Source of the DNA: an uncultured Chloroflexia bacterium
Lineage (GTDB): Bacteria; Chloroflexota; Ktedonobacteria; Ktedonobacterales; JADMIN01
Reading direction: 5' to 3'
NCBI GenBank assembly: GCA_963718915.1
Contig: CAVRAI010000004.1
Coordinates: 480,001-512,000 of the forward strand
Length of the DNA: 32,000 nt
The notes under the pieces are model-generated. The model was given only the letters and a program-made list of their open reading frames with translations, was not told where the DNA came from and did not search any database. The position numbers were made by a program, and so were the translations under genes. This document shows positions 1 through 8,840 of this stretch, in pieces; position 1 is the first letter of the stretch, and the number at the start of each line of letters is the position of its first letter.

Positions 1-272
1 AGCCTTTCGTTCCCGGTACGTCGGCCCCTGGCTCGCCCTCGACGTTCGCCTACGCCGATTCGCCCGCGGATGGCCTGCGCTTCTACGTCCATGTCGCCAA
101 ACTGAGCTACTATGCCCAGGTCGCGTCCGCCGCGCGTAGTGGAGGGCCGGAGGCGGCGGCGAAGGCGCTCGGCGCGTCTCCCTGGGACGCGGGCCACTAT
201 ACCGGCGACAACGATCCTGGCTCCTCGCTAATCGCGCTGATGCGGCAGTACAACCTCACCCAGTACGATTGA
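1..272 (+). CDS. 3' end of an unidentified CDS (start lies upstream of the window)
   Basis: Frame 3 is open from the window edge to TGA at 270-272 (...GASPWDAGHYTGDNDPGSSLIALMRQYNLTQYD*). Codon usage is GC3-rich like the neighbours. It is absent from the ORF track only because no start codon lies in the window. Product not recognised. Confidence 0.45.
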   Translation, partial: PFVPGTSAPGSPSTFAYADSPADGLRFYVHVAKLSYYAQVASAARSGGPEAAAKALGASPWDAGHYTGDNDPGSSLIALMRQYNLTQYD

Positions 273-287
273 AGCGACCTTACCCCT

Positions 288-316
288 AGTCCCCTCTCCC
301 GGTAGGAGGGGGGACT
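288..316. terminator. Hairpin between convergent gene ends (possible bidirectional terminator)
   Basis: AGTCCCCTCTCC (288-299) pairs with GGAGGGGGGACT (305-316): 12 bp with one G-U and a 5-nt loop. It lies between the stops at 272 (+) and 338 (-). No U-tract, so only tentative. Confidence 0.35.
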
Positions 317-337
317 ACGCCCATGACGCTGGTAACA

Positions 338-1639
338 CTACCCTGTCCACCCCAACTCCCTAGCGCGTTTCTCCGCTGCATCAGCCTCGGCGATCCGCCC
401 CAGCATGCGCAACGTGATGCTCATGTTGCTCCAAGCAGTGATATTGTTCGGGTCGAGAGCCAGTGCCCGGCTGTAGGCGGTCAACTCCTCCTCATAGTTC
501 CCCAGCGCGAACAGACCGACTGCTTTACCATTCCAGGCATTAGCATCATAGGGGGTCAGGGCTAGCACTCGTTCGTATGCATTCATTGCCTCTTGATAGC
601 GCCCTATGTTATTGAGTAAGAATCCCTTATTACTCCATGTGAGGGCATCGTTCGGATCCAAGTCAAGCGCCTGGTCAAAAGCGGCCAAGGCCTCCTCAAG
701 GCGTCCCAAGTTGCCGAGCGCTGCACCTTTGCCGATCCAGGCGGCGCGAAAATTTGGATTAAGTTCCAAGGCACGGTTGCATGCAGCCAGCGCCTCCTCA
801 GGGCGTCCAAGACGACCGAGTGCATTGCCCATGTTGCTCCAAGCGGCAGCGAAGTCAGGGGCGAGAGCCACCGTCCTGTCGTAAGCAGCTAACGCTTCCT
901 CACGGAGTCCCAGAGCACTGAGCGCTTTGGCTTTGTTGTTCCAGACCCATGCCTGCTTATCGTCAAGGGCGAGGGCTTGGTCGTACGCTTGGAGGTCGTC
1001 TCCGTGCCGCCCCGTTTCATTGCGTGCAAGTCCAAGATTGGCCCAGGCGTCGGACGAGCCAGGAGCGAGTTGGGTGGCGCGCTCGAAGAGAGGCAGCGCC
1101 TCGGCGTATTGCTTCTGCGCAATCAGCGCCTTGCCGCGAGTCAGCAAGTCATCTGCGTCCTCACTGGGCTGCGGGGCGACGGGAGTGGGGGCCGCACCAA
1201 CCGGGGTCAGGCCGAGGGCGCGCAGCAGGCGGTTGGCCGCCTCCATCACGGCGTAGGGCGTGAAGCCGGGAGCCTCGATACGCTTGTAGTTGTAGTATGC
1301 AAGCCAGCCGTTATCTGCCCCAAAGTCATTGCGCTCGATCCGTTCTGCCGTCACCGGTAGGAAGACCCGCGAGGGATCGCGGTCGCCTAACTCCTCCGCC
1401 CAGTCCGCCTCGCGCTTCACCCATTTTGAGCTAATGGCGTGTTTCGAGAGGATTAGCACAAAGATCGGTCGGCTGCCCAGCTCGCGCAGGATCACATCCT
1501 GCAATCGGCCATTGCCCATGTTGTGCTCGTCATACCAGACGTCCGCGCCCGCATCGCGCAACGCCGTTACGACGGCATGACAGAAGGCATTGTCCTCGGT
1601 GGCATGGCTGACAAATACCCGCAGTTGCTGCGCTGCCAT
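338..1639 (-). CDS. TIR-domain protein fused to about 8 TPR repeats
   Basis: The N-terminus VFVSHATEDNAF...DVWYDEHNMGNG...IFVLILSKHAISSKWVKREADWA fits the bacterial TIR_2 pattern, including SxWVxxE. After a Pro-rich linker, 34-aa TPR units follow (AWxNxGxAL...G...EAL.AYD.AL.L.P). I moved the start to the ATG at 1639 (MAAQQL...) because AAGGAGGGA sits 6 nt upstream; the ORF-track start at 1663 lacks an SD. Confidence 0.85.
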   Translation of the reverse strand: MAAQQLRVFVSHATEDNAFCHAVVTALRDAGADVWYDEHNMGNGRLQDVILRELGSRPIFVLILSKHAISSKWVKREADWAEELGDRDPSRVFLPVTAERIERNDFGADNGWLAYYNYKRIEAPGFTPYAVMEAANRLLRALGLTPVGAAPTPVAPQPSEDADDLLTRGKALIAQKQYAEALPLFERATQLAPGSSDAWANLGLARNETGRHGDDLQAYDQALALDDKQAWVWNNKAKALSALGLREEALAAYDRTVALAPDFAAAWSNMGNALGRLGRPEEALAACNRALELNPNFRAAWIGKGAALGNLGRLEEALAAFDQALDLDPNDALTWSNKGFLLNNIGRYQEAMNAYERVLALTPYDANAWNGKAVGLFALGNYEEELTAYSRALALDPNNITAWSNMSITLRMLGRIAEADAAEKRARELGWTG

Positions 1640-1695
1640 GAGTGGTCCCTCCTTTGCGCGCATGCTGGCTTACCGACGATACCGTTTGCTCCCTC

Positions 1696-1704
1696 ATTCT
1701 AGCA
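1696..1704 (-). promoter_or_regulatory. Candidate extended -10 promoter for the TIR-TPR gene
   Basis: The minus strand reads TGcTAGAAT (TGn plus a 5/6 match to TATAAT) about 55 nt upstream of the 1639 start. There is no good -35. Confidence 0.3.
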
Positions 1705-1850
1705 CGTCTGGCATCTGTGACTGGCTGGTCTTTCACGTGGCATCGCAAAACGGTGCAGTCAGTACACCGGTCGGCGGTAGATGTCTGAGGGACGCTTGCC
1801 GGAGCAAAAATGCCCCGGCGAATATCCCCGCTCTATCCTACAGTCATTCG

Positions 1851-1870
1851 CCGTAGCGTTGACGCTACGG
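1851..1870 (-). terminator. Hairpin just downstream of serS (candidate terminator)
   Basis: Perfect 8-bp stem CCGTAGCG/CGCTACGG with a 4-nt loop, 17 nt past the serS stop. No U-tract. Confidence 0.3.
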
Positions 1871-1886
1871 CCAGACTCACCTCCCT

Positions 1887-3170
1887 CTACCGCCACGGTT
1901 TGCCTAGCGTCGCGTGGCCGCCGAGGAAGGGACGCAGCGCCTCTGGGATGGCAATCGTACCGTCCGCCTGCTGGTGGTTCTCCAGCAGCGCGATGATCGT
2001 CCGCGTCGAGGCGAGCGCCGTGTTGTTCAGCGTGTGGACGTGGCGCACCATTCCCTCGCCGTCGCGGTAGCGGATGTCGGCGCGGCGGGCCTGGTAATCG
2101 TGGAAGTACGAGTCCGAGTGCGTCTCGCGGTAGCGGTCCTCCGAGGGAATCCAGCACTCGATGTCGTAGCCCTTCACCTTCGCGTCGCCCAGGTCGCCCG
2201 TGCAGATGTTCAGCACACGGTAGGGCAGCTCCAGCGCGCGCACGATCTCCTCAGCGTTCGCCAACAGCGACTCATGCCATTTCACCGACTCCTCGTGGTC
2301 GGCCTTGCAGATGACGTACTGCTCCACCTTCTCGAACTGGTGCACCCGCATAATCCCGCGTGTATCCTTGCCGTAGGTACCCGCCTCGCGCCGGTAGCAA
2401 GGCGAGTAGCCGACGTAGAGCACTGGCAAGTCTTCCTCGCGCAGAATCTCGCCGCTATGCATTCCGGTGATCGAGACCTCAGCGGTGCCGACCAGATAGA
2501 GATCTTCGGCCTCCAGCGCGTAGGTCTGTTCGCGCCCGCGCGGGAACTGGCTGTTGCCGATGAAACAGTATTCCTTCGCCATCGCCGGGACGAGCAGAGG
2601 TGTAAAGCCCTTGCGCACTATACGGCTGAGCGCGAACTGCATCAGCGCCAGGTCCAGCAGCACCGCCTCGCCCTTGAGGATGTAGCTGCGCGAGCCAGCG
2701 ATCTTCGCCGCCCGTTCGAGGTCCAGCCAGTCTTGCCCGCGCATCAGCGCCACATGATCGAGCGGCTCGAAGTCAAACGTGCGCGGCGCGCCGACCCGCT
2801 TCACCTCGACGTTGTCCTCCTCGCCCGCCCCTTCGGGCACGGTGGCGTCGGGGATATTCGGCACGAGCAGCCAAAGCTCGCGTAGTCGCGCCTCCAATTC
2901 CCGCTCGCGTGGCTCCAGCTCTTTCAGCGTCGCGGCGACGGCCCGCCCCTGCTGGATGAATCCCTCACGCGCCTCTTTGTCGCTTCCCGCCTGCTGGATC
3001 GCCTTCGAGAGGCGGTTCTGCTCGGCGCGCTGCTCCTCAGCCTGGCGGCGGACGTTGCGTAGCTCGCTATCGATGGCCAGCAGCGCATCCACGTCCACGG
3101 CGGTCTTGCGCCGACGCGCGACCTCTTTGATCAGGTCGGGATGCTCACGGATGAATGCCAGATCCAACAT
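1887..3170 (-). CDS. serS: Seryl-tRNA synthetase
   Basis: MLDLAFIREHPDLIKE... gives the N-terminal coiled-coil arm, followed by a class-II catalytic core (TAEVSITGMH, RREAGTYGKDTRGIMRVHQF, TLNNTALA). The start is set at the ATG at 3170, preceded by GGAGGAG. The ORF-track extension to 3290 runs into the T-box leader. Confidence 0.95.
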   Translation of the reverse strand: MLDLAFIREHPDLIKEVARRRKTAVDVDALLAIDSELRNVRRQAEEQRAEQNRLSKAIQQAGSDKEAREGFIQQGRAVAATLKELEPRERELEARLRELWLLVPNIPDATVPEGAGEEDNVEVKRVGAPRTFDFEPLDHVALMRGQDWLDLERAAKIAGSRSYILKGEAVLLDLALMQFALSRIVRKGFTPLLVPAMAKEYCFIGNSQFPRGREQTYALEAEDLYLVGTAEVSITGMHSGEILREEDLPVLYVGYSPCYRREAGTYGKDTRGIMRVHQFEKVEQYVICKADHEESVKWHESLLANAEEIVRALELPYRVLNICTGDLGDAKVKGYDIECWIPSEDRYRETHSDSYFHDYQARRADIRYRDGEGMVRHVHTLNNTALASTRTIIALLENHQQADGTIAIPEALRPFLGGHATLGKPWR

Positions 3171-3457
3171 GCTCTTACTCCTCCTCGGAAAACAGGTAAC
3201 GCCGCCCATCTCAAAGGACGAGCGGCGTATCGTGGTGCCACCTTTGTTTGTCGCCAGGCGCATATGGCTCCAGACGACCTCAATGACCACTAACGCTGGT
3301 CCGCGTCCCGCCTTCTTCCGCTAGCTGTGTGCGCGGTTTTCGGGAGGAGGCTTGCGAGGGGATTTCCGTCAGCCGGGCGCCGCGTCGCATCATCCCGCGG
3401 CTTGCTGCTAGCCCGGCGCTGGCGTACTTGTCTCGCGCTGCGCCTGTCTTCGATTGT
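3171..3457 (-). promoter_or_regulatory. T-box leader (tRNA-Ser-responsive) upstream of serS
   Basis: The minus strand carries the T-box elements in canonical order. Stem I: base GCGAG...CUCGC, AGUA box, distal hairpin GCCGCG..CGCGGC. Specifier region: GAAAUCC, with UCC at 3360-3362. Then the F-box GCGUUA. T-box sequence AAAGGUGGCACCACGA lies at 3230-3245; its UGGC matches a G73 discriminator, as in tRNA-Ser. A hairpin ACGCCGC...GCGGCGU (3199-3228) follows, and UUUU starts 6 nt after it. Confidence 0.7.
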
Positions 3458-3463
3458 GTCTTC

Positions 3464-3492
3464 ATGGTATCCAGTCTCTGCGCGCGTGTCAA
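3464..3492 (-). promoter_or_regulatory. Sigma70-type promoter driving the serS T-box leader
   Basis: Minus strand: TTGACA (3492-3487), 17 nt, TACCAT (3469-3464). This places the TSS near 3457. Confidence 0.45.
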
Positions 3493-3732
3493 GCCGTATG
3501 AGCGTGGCTGTGAGGTATACTGTATTCTGGATGTTTGTGCATGGGGCGCCTGTTGGCATAATAAGTCCGTAGCGTAAATGCTATGGCCCATGAGGACGCC
3601 ACCGCGCAGGAGACATCTCATTCGCCTGGGCCTTCAGGTTCCGGCATGTATTGCGATAAACACCATCTCATCGGAAATGAGTATCAGAAATCTTGCTGGC
3701 AGGTATTCTGCCGTTCACATACTATTGAGACC

Positions 3733-6111
3733 ATGCACGAGAAGAGCCTGACAACACTCGAATATCCCAAAATACTGGAGCAACTGACCCGCGAAGCGGG
3801 CTTTTCCGCCAGTAAAGAACTGGCGCGCACGCTCGCGCCCAGCGACGACCGCAACGAGGTGCGCCGCCGTCTCGCGTTTACCTCGGAGGCTCGGCTGCTC
3901 CTGGAGCAACGGCCCGATACGGGCGTCCGTGGCGCGAAAGAGGTGCGTCCGCATGTGCGGGCGGCTGAGCGTGGCGTCATGCTGACGCCGCATGAGCTGG
4001 TCGAGATTCTGGCAACGCTACGCGCCTCCGAATACGTCTCGCGGCTGGTGCGCAAGGTCAGCGAGCATTTTCCGCTGCTCTGGTCGCTGGCGGTGGATCT
4101 CCCGGTTCGCCCTGGGCTGGAGGCGCGCATTGGTGAAAGCGTCAACGAGGATGGTGATATCCTCGATTCCGCCTCGCCCGCCCTGCGCCGCATACGCGCC
4201 GAGCTACGCGCCGCCCAACAGCGTTTACAGGATCGCCTGGGGACGCTGGTGAACGAGTATCGTAGCGCCTTGCAGGAGCCGATTATCACCATGCGCTCCG
4301 ACCGCTACGTCCTGCCGGTCCGAGCCGAGTCCCGTGGCCAGGTGAAGGGCATCGTCCACGACCAGTCGGGCAGCGGCGCGACCGTCTTCATCGAGCCTGC
4401 CGTCGTCGTCGAGATGAACAACCGCCTGCGCGAGCTACATCTGGAGGAGCAGCGCGAGATCGAGCGCATCCTGCAGGAACTTTCGGCGGCGGTTGCCAGC
4501 GACGGGTCATACATCACCCTGGCCGTCGAGCTGCTGGCTGAGATTGACCTGCACCTGGCCAAGGCGCGCTATGCCGGGTTGCTGCGTGCCAGCGCGCCCA
4601 GCGTCAATGACGACGGACGGCTGCTGCTACGCAAGGCGCGTCACCCACTTCTGCGCGGCAATGTCGTCCCGATTGATTTCTGGCTGGGGCGCGACCAGGA
4701 TGACGCCGAGATGCGCATGGTGGTCATCACTGGCCCAAACACTGGCGGCAAGACTGTGGCGCTCAAAACGGTCGGCTTGCTCAGCCTGATGGCGCAGGCA
4801 GGGATGCATATCCCCTGCGAGGATGGCTCCGAGATTCCGGTCTACGGCGATATCTTCGCCGATATCGGCGATGAGCAGAGCATTGAGCAGAGCCTGAGCA
4901 CGTTCTCATCGCATCTGACGCGCATTGTCGAAATCTTGCGGCTGGCGACGGATAATTCACTGGTGTTGCTGGATGAGTTGGGCGCGGGCACCGATCCCAG
5001 CGAAGGCTCGGCGCTGGCCCGCGCTATTCTGGCGCATCTGCTGGCGCAGCGGGTGAATACTGTCGCAACAACCCACTACTCCGAGCTGAAGGTCTTTGCC
5101 CACGAGCAGCCGGGCGTGGCCAACGCATCGGTGGAGTTTAACGTCGAGACACTCTCGCCGACCTACCGGCTGAGCATCGGCCTGCCGGGTCGCAGCAACG
5201 CGCTGGCAATTGCCACACGCCTGGGTCTGCCGGAGGATGTTATTGAAAGCGCGCGCGAATACGTGGGGACTGCTGGCGTCGAGATGGAGGGGCTGCTCGC
5301 CACCCTTCAGGCGGAGCGCACCGCCGCCGCTGATGAGCGCTACCGGTTGACGATGGAGCGGGTCGAGGCCGAATACCAGCGCAACCAGGCCGAGAAGCTG
5401 CGGGCGGAGATCGAGGAGGAGCGCGTGCGCGTGCTCAACGAGGCGCGGGCGCTGGCGCGGCGTGAGGTCGAGGAGACACGGACCGAGCTGGCGCGGGTGA
5501 AGACGCAGATGCGTCGCAAGCTGAACGAGGATCAGTTGGACAAGCTCCGCGAGCGCACGCGCAGACTGGACGAGCGGATGGCCGTCGAGTCGCCAAAGTC
5601 GCATCGGTCGCATCGTGCCTCCCCGGAAGCCGAGGGTACTCCTGTTACTGGCCCGTTGGAGGTCGGTGATACGGTCTTCGTTCGCTCGATGGGCCAGCGT
5701 GGCGAGCTTATCGCCCTGGCGAATGGCCGTGGTGAGGTCGAGGTGCAGCTTGGCGCGATGAAGCTGCGTGTGGCGGAGGGCCAGGTGGAGCGGCTCAGCC
5801 GACGGCAGGCGCGTGTGGCGGAGACCCGTTCAGTCGTACTCCCCTTGCGCGAACCCACCCTTGCGCCGGAGTTACAACTCGATTTGCGCGGCTGGCGGGT
5901 CGAGGATGCGCTCGAAGAGGTAGATCGTTATCTCAATAACGCCGCGCTCGCCGGGATGCCGTTCGTCCGCATTCTCCACGGCAAAGGCACCGGAGCGCTT
6001 CGTCAGGCGATCCGCCAGCAGCTTTCACATCATCCGCTGGTGAAGTCACAGGCCTCCGCGGATGCCAAAGACGGCGGCGACGGTATCACCATCGTGACGC
6101 TCGCGGGGTAG
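3733..6111 (+). CDS. mutS2: Endonuclease MutS2 (MutS-family ATPase with C-terminal Smr domain)
   Basis: Conserved N-terminus MHEKSLTTLEYPKILEQL, Walker A GPNTGGKT, DELGAGTDP, a long coiled coil, and a C-terminal Smr domain (LDLRGWRVEDALEEVDRYL...ILHGKGTGALR). The start is trimmed to the ATG at 3733, giving about 792 aa, typical for MutS2. Confidence 0.9.
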   Translation: MHEKSLTTLEYPKILEQLTREAGFSASKELARTLAPSDDRNEVRRRLAFTSEARLLLEQRPDTGVRGAKEVRPHVRAAERGVMLTPHELVEILATLRASEYVSRLVRKVSEHFPLLWSLAVDLPVRPGLEARIGESVNEDGDILDSASPALRRIRAELRAAQQRLQDRLGTLVNEYRSALQEPIITMRSDRYVLPVRAESRGQVKGIVHDQSGSGATVFIEPAVVVEMNNRLRELHLEEQREIERILQELSAAVASDGSYITLAVELLAEIDLHLAKARYAGLLRASAPSVNDDGRLLLRKARHPLLRGNVVPIDFWLGRDQDDAEMRMVVITGPNTGGKTVALKTVGLLSLMAQAGMHIPCEDGSEIPVYGDIFADIGDEQSIEQSLSTFSSHLTRIVEILRLATDNSLVLLDELGAGTDPSEGSALARAILAHLLAQRVNTVATTHYSELKVFAHEQPGVANASVEFNVETLSPTYRLSIGLPGRSNALAIATRLGLPEDVIESAREYVGTAGVEMEGLLATLQAERTAAADERYRLTMERVEAEYQRNQAEKLRAEIEEERVRVLNEARALARREVEETRTELARVKTQMRRKLNEDQLDKLRERTRRLDERMAVESPKSHRSHRASPEAEGTPVTGPLEVGDTVFVRSMGQRGELIALANGRGEVEVQLGAMKLRVAEGQVERLSRRQARVAETRSVVLPLREPTLAPELQLDLRGWRVEDALEEVDRYLNNAALAGMPFVRILHGKGTGALRQAIRQQLSHHPLVKSQASADAKDGGDGITIVTLAG

Positions 6112-6162
6112 CGCGTCAGCGTGCCAGTGTCCGATTCCTCAGTCCCTGTGGAGGCTCCGCGA

Positions 6163-8220
6163 TTAGTTGATGACAAGCGGCAGATCGCGCGCGACAGACG
6201 TTGTGCCATTGATATTCAGTGTGACCAGCACATCGTATGTGCCAGAGCTGAAGGCGTGCGAAGTGACAAAGTAGCCCCACGATGATGGTGCGATATTGAT
6301 GTTGAAGGCCAGTGTATAGACAACCTGACCATTGTGCCGGAATGCAATGGCCATTGGCGCTGAGCCTGCTCGTCCCGACGTGCAGTAGTTGACGTAGATA
6401 TTCTGGCCAGAGTTGAATGTCGTGCGACTGTTGCCGCCGGAACAGTTGCCGTCTGAGAACGTCGCAAGAGTGACATTACGGAACGACGCATAGGCCTGCT
6501 GGTTGAGAATTTGCTGCTGGGTCTGCGTTGCCGTAGGCTGCGGGCCAGCCGTGTTGGTTGGCGCGGGCGTCGTGGTAGCCTGTGTGGTGCTGGTCGGCGC
6601 TACGGTGAGTTGCGCCGTGGGTTGGGGATTACCACCCAACGCGATGCCAAAGCGCGACGCATTAAGCGCAAGGCCGCCAAACAGTGTCAGAATGACCACC
6701 GCGGCAATGAGGACCGCCAGCTGAGAGCGCGGCTTGCGAGGCCGTGGCTGAGTTGCCGGAATACGATGCTCGCTATTTGGCCCCCTGTCTGAGGCGCCTG
6801 GGCGGCTATTTGGCGCTCGTTGCGCCTGATCCGCGGTTTCCGTACGCAAGAAGCCCGACGGAGCCACGCGACCCGCGGGCGAACCGAGCGGCAGTCTGAT
6901 TGGCTCGTGCGAGAAGCCAGAGATTTCCATAGCCGCTGCCGCAGGCGGCATAGCTCCGCTCTGTTCCAGTGGCACGCCCAGTTCAGCGATTGACGGAGGT
7001 CGGCGCACACGCACGAATGGCGGCAAGGTCTTGCGAGCGCGACTCGGTGGGGCTGTCTTATGCCCGCGTGCAAGCGGCGCCGTCTTGCGGACTCGACCCG
7101 CCCCAAGCCCTCGATGCGTTCGGTGGAATGGCGGCATGGTCTTTCGGGCGCTGATCGCGGGCAGCGGGGCCGTCGTCTCTTCGTAGATATCTTCACGGAC
7201 ATGCGCGACGAGTGGGGGATTTTCGATTGTATCGCGATCGGCCACATCATCCCTGGCGCGTTGGTGAGGCGCGGGCAGTGGTCGTGTCGGGGTCAACCCA
7301 CGAGAGTGTGCGATCACTATGGGGCCGTTTTCAGGCTGCTGGGCAGAGATATCAGGCAATTCTCCCGCGAATGGACGCAGAGCGCGCGCGAACGATTCGG
7401 CGCTCCCGTAGCGCTCGTCGGGCCGCTTGGCCAGCGCAATTTCCAGGATGTGCACCAGCTCCGACGGGACGCCTGGATTGAAGCCGCGGATGTAGGCCGG
7501 GCGCGAATGCACATGCTGAAAGAGAACGGAAACCGGCGTCGAACCGAGAAATGGTGGTCGACCAGCCAGTGTCTCGTAGAGCACGCACCCAAGCGCGTAG
7601 ATATCGGCGCGTTCGTCGATCTCACGCCCCTCGGCCTGTTCCGGTGACATATATTCTGGTGTGCCTATCGTCGTGCCTGATTTAGTCAGGCCGCGCGCGC
7701 CCTGAATCTTGGCGATGCCGAAATCCGTCAGCAGCAGATGATTGCTACCGGGATACTCCAGCAGCATATTGGAGGGCTTAACATCCCGGTGAATGATGCC
7801 CTTGGTATGCGCATGGTGCAGCGCATAGGCGATCTGTACCATGTAGGCGACGGCTTCGGGGATCGGCAGGGGGCCGTTCAACTTGCGCCGAAGGGTGCCG
7901 CCAGTGACACACTGCATCACGAGATAGACGAACTCGTCGTTCTCGCCCGCGCCATAGACGCCGACAATGTTGGGGTGATGAAGTTGCCGGACGGCGTCGA
8001 CCTCGCGTACGAATCGGTTGAGGAAGAGCGCGCGGTCCTCGGCGTCATTCGGAATGACCTTGATCGCGACATCGCGTTTGGCATCGGTATCGTACGCATG
8101 GTAGACTCGCGACGAGCCACCGCGCCCCAGTTCGTCCAGTATGTCGTACTGGTCGAGCCGCATGCCAATCAGGTCATTCCAGCCCATTGTTCTCATCGCT
8201 CCCGTTGCCGATATCGTCAC
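6163..8220 (-). CDS. Hanks-type Ser/Thr protein kinase: cytoplasmic kinase domain, Arg/Pro-rich linker, one TM helix, uncharacterised extracellular C-terminal domain
   Basis: GRGGSSRVY...AIKV, HRDVKPSNML, DFGIAK, GTPEYMSPE. TM helix LAVLIAAVVILTLFGGLALNA, then a Thr/Pro/Gln linker and a roughly 120-aa beta-rich domain. The start is uncertain: GTG at 8220, ATG at 8196 or ATG at 8187. Confidence 0.9.
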   Translation of the reverse strand: MTISATGAMRTMGWNDLIGMRLDQYDILDELGRGGSSRVYHAYDTDAKRDVAIKVIPNDAEDRALFLNRFVREVDAVRQLHHPNIVGVYGAGENDEFVYLVMQCVTGGTLRRKLNGPLPIPEAVAYMVQIAYALHHAHTKGIIHRDVKPSNMLLEYPGSNHLLLTDFGIAKIQGARGLTKSGTTIGTPEYMSPEQAEGREIDERADIYALGCVLYETLAGRPPFLGSTPVSVLFQHVHSRPAYIRGFNPGVPSELVHILEIALAKRPDERYGSAESFARALRPFAGELPDISAQQPENGPIVIAHSRGLTPTRPLPAPHQRARDDVADRDTIENPPLVAHVREDIYEETTAPLPAISARKTMPPFHRTHRGLGAGRVRKTAPLARGHKTAPPSRARKTLPPFVRVRRPPSIAELGVPLEQSGAMPPAAAAMEISGFSHEPIRLPLGSPAGRVAPSGFLRTETADQAQRAPNSRPGASDRGPNSEHRIPATQPRPRKPRSQLAVLIAAVVILTLFGGLALNASRFGIALGGNPQPTAQLTVAPTSTTQATTTPAPTNTAGPQPTATQTQQQILNQQAYASFRNVTLATFSDGNCSGGNSRTTFNSGQNIYVNYCTSGRAGSAPMAIAFRHNGQVVYTLAFNINIAPSSWGYFVTSHAFSSGTYDVLVTLNINGTTSVARDLPLVIN

Positions 8221-8507
8221 TCAAGCCGACTATTCAAGATTTCCCATTAGTGAATACTGTGTGGCATTACACGGCGATGCGCCAGCGGACCTGCCAGCGA
8301 GTATTGTAGCCTACCAGGTAGCGAGTTGCCAGTCAACAGGCGCCTGCTGCGCAGTTTCTCGCAAATGATGGGCCACAAAGGGTATAGCAGGGGGTCATGC
8401 CGCGCCTCATCTTTCGTGGTAGACTCCCTCATAACAGCCCTTCCCTGGATCTTGAGGCAGGAAACGCTGGAAACGTCCCCGTAGGACCAATAAATCGAGG
8501 TGAATAT

Positions 8508-8828
8508 TTGTTCCCGCCTCTCGGTTGGTTCATGTTTGTGTGCGCAACATTCATCGTCCTGATTTCGGGACTGATACTGACCCTGTCGCTCAAAAGGAAT
8601 CGTTCGCTTATTTTCACGATGCGAACTTCGTTGCAATATGTGGCGATGTTGCTTCAGGGATGCGCTCTCTTTCTGTTGGCCGCATGTATGGCTTGGCCGA
8701 TGCTATGGAGCGTTGGCGTCGTTGTCTGGCTTGTCTTTGGTTTATTAGTGCTATCGTTGATCTTACTGTTTGTAGGCGGGTACCCACTCTTTAGGCAGGT
8801 GTATAGGACTCTTTTTGTACCTTTGTAG
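8508..8828 (+). CDS. Small hypothetical multi-pass membrane protein
   Basis: GAGGTGA (8497-8503) precedes an in-frame TTG at 8508; an ATG at 8531 is also possible. The hydrophobic sequence has 3-4 predicted TM segments. It sits in a locally lower-GC stretch. No recognisable family. Confidence 0.4.
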   Translation: MFPPLGWFMFVCATFIVLISGLILTLSLKRNRSLIFTMRTSLQYVAMLLQGCALFLLAACMAWPMLWSVGVVVWLVFGLLVLSLILLFVGGYPLFRQVYRTLFVPL

Positions 8829-8840
8829 CGCAAGCCTTAC

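Noticed and set aside
3338-3354. Long-range anti-SD pairing in the serS leader as a firm translational-control mechanism
   Set aside because: The complementarity requires two bulges and spans about 150 nt. It could be a by-product of purine/pyrimidine-rich tracts. It is mentioned only as an open question within the T-box finding.
1-3500. TIR gene as part of a multi-gene Thoeris, CBASS or SPARTA-type operon
   Set aside because: No SIR2/SLOG (ThsA-like), cyclase, Argonaute or STING gene is adjacent. The neighbours are serS and a convergent unidentified gene, so only a single-gene hypothesis is retained.
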